Assembly: GCF_009914755.1 (NCBI RefSeq)
Contig: NC_060931.1
DNA length: 64,000 nt
Reading direction: 5' to 3' (one strand)
DNA from: the human T2T-CHM13v2.0 reference genome, Homo sapiens
The translations under genes and the position numbers were made by a program. Of this stretch, positions 41,831-55,895 are shown in pieces. Numbering within the stretch: position 1 is the first letter of the stretch; each line of letters opens with the position of its first letter. A model generated the notes under the pieces. It had not been told where the DNA came from. It did not search any database and saw nothing but the letters and a program-made list of their open reading frames with translations.

Positions 41831-42208
41831 TTGTTATTCTTAATCCTTAACACTATTTATATTGAATGATGTGTTCTTTCTGTGACAATATTTATATAGT
41901 GTTTACAGGTATTTGCTGTTTATGGAGGGTTTTAATACCTTACTAAGCTTAAATTAACACTTTCATGTAGTTGTACAAACAGTCCAGGTAGAATTATATT
42001 GACCTAATAGATGGAAAAAGTATAAATTGTAAGCTTTAAAAAAGGCTTTAGAATTAAGGCTTGTATTTCCAACTTCCAACCAGGATCACTTTTATTGTAT
42101 AAGTAATAATACAACTGTATGAATCTTAGTAAAAATGTTTTGAATTTTTCATCTTCTACACAGAAATTCTACTCAGAATAGCAAAAATAAGATTATTTCA
42201 GAGAAAAG

Positions 42209-42500
42209 TTTTTTTTGTTTTTTTCTTTTAAGATGGAGTCTTGCTCTGTCACCCAGGCTGGAGTGCAGTGGCGCCATCTTGGCTCACTGCAAGCTCTGCC
42301 TCCCGGATTCACGCCATTCTCCTGCCTCAGCCTCCTGAGTGGCGCCCACCACCATGCCCGGCTAATTTTTTTATTTTTATTTCTTAGAGACGGGGTTTCA
42401 CCGTGTTAGCCAGGGTGGTCTCGATCTCCTGACCTCGTGATCCACCTGCCTCAGCCTCCCAAAGTCCTGGGATTACAGGCGTGAGCCACCACACCCGGCC
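42209..42500 (-). mobile_element. AluY with a ~13-bp internal deletion
   Basis: GCAAGCTC...TTCACGCCATTCTCC...GTGTTAGCCAGG; lacks AGCTGGGACTACA; degenerate TSD TCAGAGRAARGTTTT. Confidence 0.95.
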
Positions 42501-45129
42501 TCAGAGGAAGGTTTTAATTTAATTCAATTTGCTTTGAACGTGCTTCATCCTCAGTCAATATTTTTGATAGAGTAAAAGGAAATGCACATTTATGTTCTGA
42601 GATTTTGAAGCAGTAAACATTTATTTTTCAGCTAATAACAAGACTCTTTGGCTAGTGGTTGCTGATGACAAATGTTTACCATTCTCCAAGCTTAGAGAAA
42701 GGATTCCTTTGAGCAGTGGGATTTACGTTGTCTCAGTTAGGCAGTGACTAGACTGACCTTTTCAAAATGCTCTAAAATTGATTATAAGAGGATAGAGACT
42801 TCAATGAAATAAATAAATAGGATTTAAAACGTAACACAAAATGCACTAGAAGGCACACACAAATAATAGCGAACTGTACATTGAAGGCCAAAGAGATCAC
42901 ATATTGCTCAATAACTCCATCTGTGAGGTAAATAGGAATGAAATATAAAATAGACAGAAAGCCATCCAAATGCTCGTTGCCAGATCTTTTCCTTCAAAGT
43001 CAAATGGAGACAGGTACATTCACCAAATGAAACAATAGTTCCTTGACTCTATTTAGAAGGCCTTTGATTAGCTGGCAAAAAATGCAAATTCTTGGGCTTT
43101 CCCCGTGCTTTACTTAATGTCTCCGAAACCACACTTTTAACATACATGGTATCAGACCTCAAGGATACTTAATTTAAGAATAGCCGCTGTAATTTAGGCT
43201 TCAATCTTCTCCTTATTTTGTAGTCTAAGAGTAGGTTCTAAGTTGGAAGAAAAAGAAGATAAAGGCATGTGAGTGCTTGGGTCTAGGCGTCGGGAAACAG
43301 TAAACATTGGAAACATAGAGGAAAACTCCACTGAAGGGGGAATTGGGATTGGGTTGGAGGGAGATTGGACATTGAGAAAAAAAAAAGATTAAACATTTCT
43401 TGGGTTGATAATAGTCATATTTCTTGCTTTCAAGTATTAGAACCAAACTCTGACTATCCTAAGCAAAACATTAATAATAATAATTTCATCAGAAGGACAT
43501 CGGAGGCTCACAAAATTTACGATGGGCTAAATGACTTGGTTTGGTAAACAAAGATCAAGGGGGCTGTAGAAGGCTAACTAGTAAGAGCATGACAAGATTC
43601 ATGGAGCAGTAAGAGGCTGGTTTAGACTGCCTGCCACTTCGGGGAATATAAACTGCAACTTGTTACTAAGATCATCAAGATTCATGGTTTAAGGAGCCCC
43701 CAAGTCAAACTGACTAATCCCAAAGTATGTGCTTTCTCCTGGCTCTGTTGGCATGGGGTAAGAAATATTTACCCCCCTTTGGTATTTATGGGGCTGGGCA
43801 CTACCTCTTATCAAGGCTCCACAAACTGGGGTTTGACAACAGGCAGAGAAGCTGTGAATAGGAAGAAGGAGTGTGGCTGCTAGAGAACCAAAAAACTGTC
43901 AAATATCCACTATGAGCTCCATCAGGAACGTTCATTTGGGTCTACTTACATCCCATTCAGTTGAGCTCAATAACCACTCATGGTGGAACCTACTTTTCTC
44001 AGCTCTTCCTTAATCCATCTCTGCTCCCATTTACATGAAGACTTACATATCTGATATATTTTCTAGTTAGAAATTTCTCATTCCTTGTGCTCAATATCTT
44101 GCCAAATACAGTCATTCAGTATTTCCTACTTATTACTTTCTAGGATTACATAATTTTCTGAACATATTTGAACAGACTGAATGCAATCTTACTCTTATTG
44201 AATACTATCTGTGTTTGGAAGCAGTACATTGCAAAGGCAGGCACAGTCTAAAGCCAAAAATAAATTGTCAAAATTCTCCATTTTAATCTTAGGTTTTTGT
44301 AATGGTCATAGTTCTCAGCAGTAGTACTACAAACAAAAGTAATTGATATAAAACTGGAATATTTTATATTTTAAAAATGTGAGTCAAATTAATTTAAAAA
44401 TATATGTCCAACCAGCTCATGTCAAACAGATCTCTCAAATATTTACCAAGTTCCTTCTTGGCTGCCCATCATTCTTCTTGTCCTTATTCTAAATGAAATG
44501 CCATTTTAGTGGGGAGATAAAAATAAAATTAGATACATTATAAAAATAATACAAGATTACACTTTATGACAGTGTTTGCTCAACATAAGATAAACCTTCA
44601 TAAAACAAGTAGAGTTCAACTTAGACCTTGAAAAGCAAAGGGCATCTAGATGAAAGGGAGTAAATCAGAATTGGTGAAGCTATGCTGTGTTCTCCACTTA
44701 AAGGCAACATTGCCCTGCTTAGTGCCTTTGTAATTAAGCATTGTTTTCACTCCTACTACTTCCTTATTCAATTAGCTGGCTCACTTGGTAGGAACTTGAG
44801 TTTTCTCTTGTCTTAGAAGATTTTTCTTTCAGTTCTGCCCTGCTTGTAGATAGAATTTTAAAAATGTTTGGTAGTCATTTGATCTACTGATGTTAAGATG
44901 TGGAGTATTTTGCAGGTAATATCCTTAAAGCTAAGATGTCTAGAGAACATGGATCCATCTAGAAATGCTTTGGTCATCATTAGTAGTTATGAAAAGCCAC
45001 TTTATTTATTCCAAAACTCATAATTTTTTTTCCAGAACCTATCTGTGAAGTAGGAGAAAGTAGAATAGGTATGCTGTCTTCTCTCTTCTCCAGGGAGGAA
45101 ACAGAGCAATCTTGACATGACAATTAGAG

Positions 45130-45690
45130 CCAACCTCCTGGTAAAATCTTCCAGTGGCCTCTCATTTTACTTAGGATAAAATCTGAATTCCACAGCGTGG
45201 TCCACAATGCTATGCATAATTCAGCCCTGTCTCCTTTCCAACCTCATTTCAAACCATTTTCTTCCTTCCTCACTATGCTGCAACCACATTGGAACCTCTC
45301 TTATTACCCAGATACATCAATGTACTTCTGAAATCAAGGTTTGTATTCTTCTTGATACCACTACTTGGAATCTTTTTTCTCAAGTTCTAGAAATGCTGTG
45401 TCTTCTTTTGCCAGGCCTTAACTCGTGTTATACAACCCAGATAACCTGCCCTGATGGCTCAATCTGTAGTTGTCTCTCTTTTATCCAATTTATTTTCTGC
45501 TATATCATCCTGTTTATTTGATATAACTCATCACCTGAAAATTATCTTGGTTATGTAATAATTCACTGTCTTTCCACTAAATATGTTAGCTCCAGAAGGG
45601 CAGGGATGGTGTATGTCTTGATAACCAACGAATCTCCAGTGCCTTGATGATCACTTGGCATACAGAAACTCTAAGGGTAAATGTTTTGAA
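45130..45690 (+). mobile_element. L2 3' end
   Basis: TTCCAGTGGCCTCTCATT...AGGATAAAATC...AGCTCCAGAAGGGCAGGGA...ATCTCCAGTGCCT...AAATGTTTTGAATG. Confidence 0.78.
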
Positions 45691-47390
45691 TGGCCAGTGC
45701 TGACTCTGTTATAGATGAAGCATTATAGAGGCAATTACAGAGGGCTCAATTTTGATGACAATGGGAAAAAATTAATCTTATATTCCTTATAATTGTGAAC
45801 TTGAAAAGCAGTTGGGTCATTTCATTGTTTTCTCTACTGATGGTAACATCAATAGTCATGAGATCAATTAAATTACTGAAATTCTAGAAGCCAGGTCTAT
45901 CATTGTCTTTTTTTTTTTTTTTTTTTTTTTTTTTCATTTACTGTATGACACCAAGAGTCTATAATCACTAAGAAGGAAGGTTTCTTGCAATGGTTCAGAC
46001 TTTGGCGGCAGGAAGGAAAAAATCATTCTGAGGAGATAATGCAACATTATCCTATGCCTGTACACGTAAATAAATTAAGGGATGAAGTTAAGATTCTGAC
46101 TAAAGTGGATATAGTTTAGGGGAGCTATAAGAAGTAAAGTTACTTGGAAGTAAGGTTAGATTATTGTTAAGGTATGATAAGACTAAACAATAATCCAGGA
46201 ATAAAAGCATAAAGTCCATACTGGAAATACTTGGGAATAAATTTAATTTCTTGTACAGGGAAGTGGCCCCAAATTAGCAGTATTTGTAAAGAGTAATCTG
46301 TCGGTTATATATTGAGTGAATTCCAAAGGGGAGCAAAAAGAAGAAAAATGTTTCTTAAGAAGCACGATTAGTGTTTCCATGCTTGCCAAGAAGAGAATTG
46401 CCTTTGCTTTGATGAATATAAATTTTAATATCTGTTTGAACTCCTTTGCAAGACATATATTTCCTCTTTACTGCATAAACTATTGGAATTTTATTACTTA
46501 GTGAAAAAATAAAAGGGGTAGGTCTTCACAACTGTATAACAAGTAGGATAACTTACATGTTGACCCGAACTGATTTCTTTATTTTTTTTTCTTTTTTTCT
46601 TCTTTCTCTTTCACAGATGCCATCTTCCGTTTTCACTGTTCCCCTTTCTTTTTAATAGACATCTATTTTACAGAGTTTTTAATGTGAGTTCAACAAGACG
46701 ACACTGTGGGGGATAAATGAGAAGAAGAAATACAGAATAGATTCAGGAATTTGGCGGAGAGAGTGGTGAATGTGGGCTGGAGATGTTGGAGAAAGATCCA
46801 GAAATGTGTGACTGACTGCAGATCTGCAGGCGCCTCCTTTGAATTTGTGAAGGGCAGGAATCTCTCTTGGTCTCCTCCCACACTGAATTTAGCAACCCTG
46901 AAATCATCATTTCCTAGACTGCCAAAAAGAGAAAAACTCATGAAGTCACTTCAGTTTCTGTCCCTTCTCACTCGCATCTATTTTCCATACAGAAACTGGA
47001 GGCATCTTTTCATTTCCCAGATAAATTTTGATTTGCAATCACATTATGTGGTTCAAAATATGTGAGTCATTTACACTTTATTGTGTTATCCTTTTTCTCT
47101 TAATGACTTCAGAAATTTCTCTGTATCCTTAATGTGTGAAAGCTACAGTGTGTTCAGGTGTGAGGTTTTATTTGTTGCTTGTTTAATTGTTTTCACTTTG
47201 CTTGGCATTATATGAGTTTTTACAATATGTGGAATCATATTTCTAAAGTTTTGAGAAATTGCTACACATTATAGTAGTATTTTCTATTATTTCTAAGTAT
47301 TTTTCTATGATCTCATCTGGCATTCCATTTACATTTTTAAACTTCTAGATTTATGCCTCATGCTTCTTAACTTCTCTTTGATAATTTCCA

Positions 47391-47925
47391 GAGTTGGTTC
47401 GCGTTATGCACAGTAGTTGTGTTCTAGAAAGTCTTTGGTGACACTGAATTAGGGAATACTGAGCCATTGTTCCTAGGGTGCAATCTCACTTAGATTATAA
47501 ACTTAAACCCTAAAAAACAATTTATCCTGGAAGATTCTGTTTTCTTTATTTTACAAAAGAGAAAATGAGATTCAGAAGTTTTAAATGACTTGTCTAAGGT
47601 CACCCCACCAACAAGTGCCAAAGTTGGGACCCAAACTCCTTCCAACTTATCCTAGAGCCAGAGCTTCTTGCACTGCAGTGTACTGCCCTGTACTCCTCCA
47701 TTCTGTCCTTGCCTTTGTATGAGAGCTGAAATAAGAAGGACAGCATCACCTTAGTTTGACCTAGCTTGGAACATGTACATCTGGCAACTCAAATTTTTCA
47801 CCACACTGTGCATGCCCGTGAATGACAGCAAATGTGCTGTGAGTATTGATTTTAGAATTACAAATAAATTTTAGTGAGTAGATGTATTCCCAAATATGGA
47901 ATCTGTGAATAATGAGAATCAACTG
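47391..47925. mobile_element. MER82-like Tigger MITE with atypical MIR-containing interior, inside an old antisense L1 (about 47090-48300)
   Basis: Left arm ...CAGTAGTTGTGTTCTA...CACTGAATTAGGGAATACTGAGCCATTG; right arm GTATGAGAGCTGAAATAAGAAGG...GTGAATAATGAGAATCAACTG. Confidence 0.7.
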
Positions 47926-50900
47926 TGTACCGCCACCAGGTAGAATTCCTTAATCTTGCAGATCACTATTTTGTTCTTCAGTTAGGTTCAATTTGTTATT
48001 TGACTTAACTGTGGTGAGTTTTCATAATTCTTAATTTCCAACAAGTTGGTAGTTTTATGATCTCTAAGTTCTGTGTCCACAACAGTCAATTTTTGTTCCA
48101 TAATTATATACTTTTGCATAATGAGTGCATTTCTCTTATCTCTTTGAAGATAGTAACTATATTTATTCCAAATTCTTTTTGTATTTATATATTATCTGTA
48201 TGTTATTGAGTATAAATTCTTTGTTTCTTGAATTTGTTGCTTCCTTTTCTGGCCTTTCTCAGATGGTGGCTGATTCTCAGTCATGTGTTCACCATGTGCC
48301 TTTGATTATGGCCACGTGCTGACACCATGGCCTTTTAGTGCATATACTTGTTGGTGATGCCGTTAGTTTAGGTCTAGCACTTGTGGGAGGCTTTGGTCGC
48401 TGCTTTAAAGCCTTGAATGTGAGGATCTTTTGTCCTCTTTACCCTCTTAATACAGCTATGTATTAACATCTATTTTATAAACTTTTTACAATGTCAGTTT
48501 TAAACTGATAATCTATAATGTCGGTTTTGAATAGGAGCCAGAAATTTTGGTATGAATATTCAGTCGACTAACTTCAAGCTAAAAGTCCCATGATATTGTC
48601 AGTCCTGGTAGGACATGTAGCTATGGAAATAAAACTTCCTGACATAAATTAGACCATAGCAAAAAGTGCATCCAGAGCCAAGCAGTACGCCTGAATGAAG
48701 GAGATTAAGGGAATAAATGCTCTGATGTCTATTTCTTCTCTTCCTCTCATCTCCTGCTGGTGCTTTTTCTTTTCTTTCTCTTTTCTTTTTCTTTTTTGAC
48801 TAGAACCAATAATAAGCAAGAGAACTGGTAAGCCCAGGAGATATAATCCATTGAGAATTTTAAAGCAGAGTCTAGAAGAACAGAGAGGGAAAAATCAGCA
48901 CATCAAAGTACTTTTTCTTTTTTTACTTGGCCCACACCTGCCTTTAAGCATTCAATGCAGTGTTTGATTGTGAACTTATAATTGAGGGCTAACATCTAGT
49001 ATTTGCCAAAATTAATGTTCCTGTCAGCATAATCTAACCCTCTGATTATGTTTTTATTTCTAGGTAAAAAAAATTTACTAATTTACAGTCAACATACATA
49101 ATCTAGATTATATATTTATATATAAATACATAAAATATGCACATATATTTTATTAATATATGTTAATAAAATATATACAAAAACACAATTATTTTGTCGG
49201 TATCTTAGTGTCTTTACTAAGAAGCTTGATATATGTTAAAGTCCACCAGTGATCTAAAAATCAAGAGATTGGGGCTTGGGATACTCCCGAATAACTCAAC
49301 TCAGTAATAACTCAACCGACTGCCCTCTCCCTCTAGGCCTTCTTAGCACATCATTTCTTTTCTTTTTTTCTTTTTTTTTTTTTAAAGAGAAGACAGCAAA
49401 GCAGTTAAGGCAAATATTTGCCATGCTTGATAAACAATGTTCTGATGTTCTAACTGATTCTAATTAAGACAGCCAATACCAGCTAAATTAATACACCATT
49501 ACACAGAAAATAAAAGTATCATCAGGAATACATCTACTGATTTGCTGATCATGGTCAAACAGCAGCCAGTAGGTAGTAATGGCATGACAAGCAGGTAGTC
49601 ACTGAACTATATTTAGAATATTCTATGCAATTCTTTTTCTCTTCAGCTCTATACTTGATGGTAAAATAGTATCTTTGGGTATCCTTGTTATTGCTAAGTA
49701 TACCAAAATATTATTGTAAGAAAATTACATAAAACTTATATGCATACATATTTTCCTCCAATCAAATTTGCATCCCAAGGCATTTTGTTTTTGCAAATAG
49801 GAAGCATATATATAAGTAATTTCCTCAAATTAATTTTAATTAATTAATTACAATTTAGAGGCCATTAATAGACACATGTACCATGTGTCAGGAACTGTGA
49901 TAGGGACTGAGGATATGAGGATGAAAAATCATGGTCATTGCCTTAAAGAGCCACCATAAAATAGACAAAAAAGCCAGGTAGATGATTATGCACAGGACAA
50001 TAGGTGAAGTGAAGTCTACGGGTGAAATAGGTGGCATAGAAATAAGTTAGAGAGACTGTGATTAACTGTGTGAGAGGCTTATTGGTCTCATAGAGGAGAT
50101 GCAACCTAAATTGTGTTTTAGAGTAGGCTTACCAGCTTCCTTCAAGATGTGTATTTATATAAATTGGTGGTGGGTTGGGGAGCACAAGGGAAGAGGAAAG
50201 TGTCCTTTGGTTGAGCATTTCTCTCAAGGAAGAATATAAATAAGTCATTGACTATCATTTGCACTCTGATCTCTTAATTTTAAAATTCTTTATAGAGTAG
50301 TTTGTAACTCCAAATCCAAATATTAGAATCAGCCATGTAACAGCATTGATTGCCTATCAGCATTATTGAGGATCTTTACGTGAAAGGTGCCAGCAATATG
50401 TGGTAGTGGAAGACACACAGATGAACAATGAATACTCCTTTAAAGCAGTAATCATCTAGTAAATGGGCAATATACATGCAGACAGAAAGTACATAAAATG
50501 ATGACTAGTATAACAGTGGCATGAGCACAACAAAAAATAACATAAGAAATAATTAAAATAAAATATTAGTGCGATATATATAATGTTAGTTATATTTTTG
50601 TAGTGTTTCTCAAGGATACAACATTTTTCTTGATATTAATTTCATTTAATGTTCACAAATACTCTGAGGTTGATATTGATATTTCTATTTTATAAATGGA
50701 AACAAAATAGGCACATAAAGTTAATACATATATTAAAAATGAAAGGAAATATTATTGTCAAGGGTAGTTAGAGAAAAGAAAAAAGGCTGTAAAAGATGGA
50801 CTGGGCTTAAAGCCATTGAGAAGCTGGGAAGGCATGTCACATGGGTTAATGTAAACGAGAAGATGAGGGGTATGAATATGTAGATCATAACAGTGAGCAG

Positions 50901-51119
50901 ATCAGCTTGGCTAGAACAGGCATAGGAAAAAACAACTACATATAGGCATGCAAAATCTATAATAAAAATTAGAAAAAACTCACATTCAACAATAGAAAAA
51001 TTATTAAATTATTATGTATTTATAGGATAGAAAGTTAACTATTGAACTATGATTTAAATTAGTATTTAAAAATCATAGTAATGATGAAAATAATTAGCTT
51101 TTACATAACCAATCTTTGC

Positions 51120-52200
51120 ATAATTAATAAATGCAGATGGTACAAAATTCAGAAAATACAAAAGGGTTGATAGTGAAAAGTGCTCATTTCTCCCTGGTCC
51201 TCATTTCATTCCCCACCCAGAGGCAAACATGATGATAGGTCACATATATTTCTCTGTAGATAATAGGTGCATGTACAAGCATGTACACACATATATTACA
51301 ATACATATATATCCATTTTTATTCCCAGATTATAAATATTTGGTTCTTAAAATTGTTTTCTTTTTAAATTTAACAATATATCTTGGAAATGGTTTGAAAT
51401 CTGTTTATGTAGAGCTGCCATTGTATAAATGAACTACAATTTGTTGATGGGCATTTAGGTTCTTTAAGTATTTCGTTTTTTGTAAATAATACCATAAAGG
51501 GGCAGAGTAGTTACAATTTAAATTTTGGTAGACATTGCCAAATTGCCTTCTGTAAAGGTTATGTCAGTTTATAACTCACCGAGAGAGTATGAGAACAGCT
51601 CCTTCCCCACACCCTTGCCAGTATAGTGCATTTTCAAACTCTTTGATCTCTGCCAAAATAAATTAAAATTTATGTATTACTTTTTTTAAAAAGTAGGCTG
51701 AACATCTTTAAAAAATTCATATTTCTTTTGTTGACGAATAATTGGTTAATATCCTTTGCTTATTTTAATTGGGTCATTGACTTCTTTCCTATTAATTTTA
51801 ATTATTCTTATAATCATCTGTTTTACAAGTTTTGTCTCACAATTTTGTCTTTAAGCCTGACTGCATTTGTGATGCTTGTACCCTGTAGTTATGTTTTATT
51901 CATGTGTAGTTGAGTTGTTAAATTATTTCATATTTTCTTCTAATATTTTTATCATTTACCTTATATTTACACCTTTGATTCCTTTAGCACTTAAAAAATA
52001 ACAAATGCAGGAAGGAAGGATCCTATGTGGTTACCTTAACATCACTTGTTGAAAAATGTGTCTTTTCCCCAATTACATGAAATGCTTCTATCATACAGTA
52101 AACTGACATAACTTTAAATTTATTTCTGGAATCTCTTGTCAATTCATTAATCTGTATAAATATGCCTTGCCTGTCATTGTCTAACTTATTTTAAATATGT
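51120..52200 (-). mobile_element. Old L1ME 3' region
   Basis: GGTACAAAATTCAG...CCCAGAGGCAA...GATGGGCATTTAGGTT...GACATTGCCAAATTGCC...TTCCCCACACCCTTGCCAG. Confidence 0.72.
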
Positions 52201-52429
52201 GTAACTACTTAATGACTCTCAGTCTCCCTCACTGTAACTATATACATGTATAATCATGTTGGCTGACCACCCTTTATTATGTTTATTTTTTGAAATTTTC
52301 AGGGACAATGACTTATTAATAATATGCAAAGGTTAATGTAATAATATACTTTCTCCACTACTGCAACTAGTCCTAAAGTAAATGATTGCTAATCCCATAA
52401 AACAAATAATTTATTTCCTTCTTCCTCTT

Positions 52430-53560
52430 CACTGATTCTTTACTTTTCTCATCATTGGCCAGAACTTTGGTCTAGTGGCTTGCTTCCTGAGGGTTTGGAG
52501 CCCTCAGTTGCTTTAATGTTGCCAGTTTGGATTTTCTGCAGTTGCCTATAACATTTATCAATAGGCATGAAAACACCAAGATGCTCCAGTGAACTTGGAT
52601 CTCGACATATTCCTCTCTGCCCACATTGTGTTACAACAACCCCTCCTTATGGTATTCCAGATCATGTCCAACAATATTGTAACTCCTTTCTTTACCTGCT
52701 GTTCCACTGGTATAAGAGAATCCTGACCAGTCTCTACTTTAATGGAACCCTTGCTGTGTACACAGTTAAATGTTTCCCCTTGTTGCTTCCCTTCCCCAGT
52801 CCCACTCAGGAGCTGGGTCTTCTAATCCAACAGAAACTCAATTTATAGGGTGAGGAAGTAGAAATTCTGCAAAAGGGTTACTGGGAGCAAAGGCGCAGGG
52901 GCCAATCCTGCTTCCATAATTTGTTTCTTGCACTCAAGTAGTCTAGCTACTGGGGACACAGTGCATTAGTTCAGTGCATACATCTCAACCTAGAAGATGC
53001 CCCAAGATGCTGCTTTAGATGCTTTAATTGGTGTTTGAATATTCTATTAACCAGCTTCTTCCAAGATGACACACTGTATGAGAGGACCAGTGAATCCCTG
53101 GTCAGGTATTTAGTGTCCTACCTTCTTCCTTAGAATGAATCATTTGATCTGAGTTTATATTATAGAGGGTCCCATGTACTCTATAAGCATTTGAGTTGTG
53201 TTGTGTCAAGAAACACTGTGAACAGGAAAGGCAACTTGATATCCAGAGGTGATTTCAATTCTGGCAAGAGAAAATTGCTGTCACCTGCAGCATGAATATA
53301 GCCCAAACTGATCAACCTGACATAAAATGAATGGCTGGGCTCCATAAGCTATGTTTCTATATGTAAGACTTGGCATTGGTTTCTGTTGCTGGCAGATTGG
53401 GAATTCCACAGTTGCAGTGGTAGATCAGCAACTTTAGTGCAATATTTTTGCTTCTGTGTCCCATTGACCTAGGGCTGCCCTTCACATATTCTGGTTTGCA
53501 CAAGCATTAAAAAACTGAATTGATTCATATACGTGTCCCACATAGTGATGGCACAGAAGC
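52430..53560 (-). mobile_element. Highly decayed ERV-L-like internal sequence
   Basis: Resembles the 28700-29250 internal segment (GTAACTCCTTTCTTTACCTGCTG, GGGTTACTGGGAGCAAAGG, AATCCTGCTTCC); no intact ORF. Confidence 0.45.
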
Positions 53561-54646
53561 TCCGAGGTCAGAAAGGAAGGCATACAGAGTGGAGTGGAGG
53601 CAAGATGTTGTCAAGGGACATCTGTATGCAGCTGGTTAATGCACCAATGGCCAAAGCAAAAATGGATTGAGAGGATGTGATGCAGAACATATTGAGCCAT
53701 CTGATATTACATCTCTTTAAGAAAGAAGTCTTTGAGAATGTTATTTTGCTTTTAGTAAAATCAAATAGATCATGGATGTAAAAGAATACACCAGATCTCA
53801 AGGCTAGAAATTAGTCGCTTTACAACTAGGCAGGACTAAGGAAGGAAAGCCTCTAATTTTAAATAGCAATTCTTTTAAGCTCTTGAATAGACACATGGTA
53901 TGTGAGTACTTTAAGGTCCTTAATACAGATTATGAAATTGCTTTTTTCAAATTACCTAAGTAAAGTAAACTGTGTAAGAGTGTCAATTTCATAGTATCTT
54001 TGACAGCATTGGGAAGGAAAATTTTAGTCTCAGAATTTGGTAGTTGAAGAGTGGCATTATATTTTAAATGTGTAATTATTTAATTACTAGTATAGTTATA
54101 TTTTTAAAACTTATGTGTGCTTATTCACCTCTGGTTTGCCTGTTCAACAGTTCAAATCATTTTCCCATTTTTAAACTGAATCTTTTTATATCTAAGACCT
54201 TGTTATATATTTAAAAGTTTAATCTGTCTCTCATGTACATTGTAAATATTTTCCCACTTTTTAAGTTTGCCTTGTATAATGTGACTTTAAATATTAACCC
54301 CCTTGTTTCTGCATTTTTGGTTAAAAGCTGACACTTTGGTAGTTTTTTTTCAAGTATGGCTTCCCCCCAACCCCAAGCTCTTCATAGAAAGCTAAAAAAA
54401 AAGACCTTGTCAGTCATACTTTGTTGTCACTTAATTTATGTTGACTTGTCTCTACTTCTCTGTTACAATCTCCATTTGTAAGGCATTATGTGTTATTTTT
54501 TGATAGTTAATGATGGTTATTGAAAAGAACTTAAAATTTGTCTGGAAGATCAAATGGCTGATAAAATAACATTTTTAAAAATTCTAACTTATCTCCTTTG
54601 TTTTGGCTCAAAAATTTATATTTATCCCTCATCTCAAGCAATGTAG

Positions 54647-54955
<309 letters not shown>

Positions 54956-54984
54956 ACAATGTAGAATATTTTAAGATCTTAGAT

Positions 54985-55140
54985 TCCTGCTTTTCAAGCT
55001 GGTCTGCAGACAGCAACATCAGCATCACATACATGCTTACACAAATCTCAGGCCCCATACCAGAACTGCTAAATTAGAATCTACATTTTACAAGGTTTTC
55101 TAGTCATTCATTTAACATTATATTTTGAGAAGTGTCATTT
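54985..55140. mobile_element. MER5-like hAT MITE
   Basis: GGTCTGCAGACAGCAACATCAGCATCAC...AAATCTCAGGCCCCATACCAGA...TTTGAGAAG. Confidence 0.65.
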
Positions 55141-55659
55141 TAGACCCTATAGACTATTTTCAAGGAGACATAAAACTAACCAATTAATTAGTTTCCTGGA
55201 TTATGAGGTTTCTAAAAATTTAAATTGTAGAACGATGTAACAGAAATCTATATTGTTGCCTAATTTTCTCCATCCTCACCTCAAGATTTTTATTTTAAAT
55301 AGTTGAACAAATGAATAGGCATCTGAGTTCCTGATAACTTACATTATTGATAATCACCATTAAACTGAGATTCTCAGCACCATACAGTCAATCTACAGTT
55401 GGAGGAAAAATTGTGAAATCTCATCTCTTTATTTCCAGGGATTGTGAAAATCCTGAGTCTTTGTCTTTAAAGAAGAAATTAGAGGAAGAAGGAAAGAAAA
55501 AGTATTTAATATAGTTGTACACATTTTAAGAAGTTGTATATAGTCATATCATAATTATTTTCATTAATTCATTAATACATTCAATTTATTGTATACTTGT
55601 GTACAAGGCACTGTGCTAGGTACTGTCGGGGATAATAAAAAAAAGAAATAGAATAATAT

Positions 55660-55895
55660 TATTGTTTCCAATAACAAGCACTTTTGAGTGCTTTCAATGT
55701 GCTGGACATTTCTTCTGGGCACTCTTCTGGCTCTGCAATCCTCACAGCTACCCTGTGAGGCTGGTACTGTTATTACCCTCATTGTATAGAAGTGGAATCA
55801 AAGGCTCAGAAAGATTAAGCAAAATTTGTCAAGGTCTTACAGTGAGTAAGTGTGAGATTACAACCATATTTGCCTGAATCCCTAGTTCTACCACA
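55660..55895 (-). mobile_element. MIR SINE
   Basis: AATCCTCACAGCTACCCTGTGAGG...TATTACCCTCATT...AGGCTCAGAAAGATTAAG. Confidence 0.78.

Noticed and set aside
45908-45934. Isolated poly-T run
   Set aside because: Simple mononucleotide repeat with no attached element body that I can identify.
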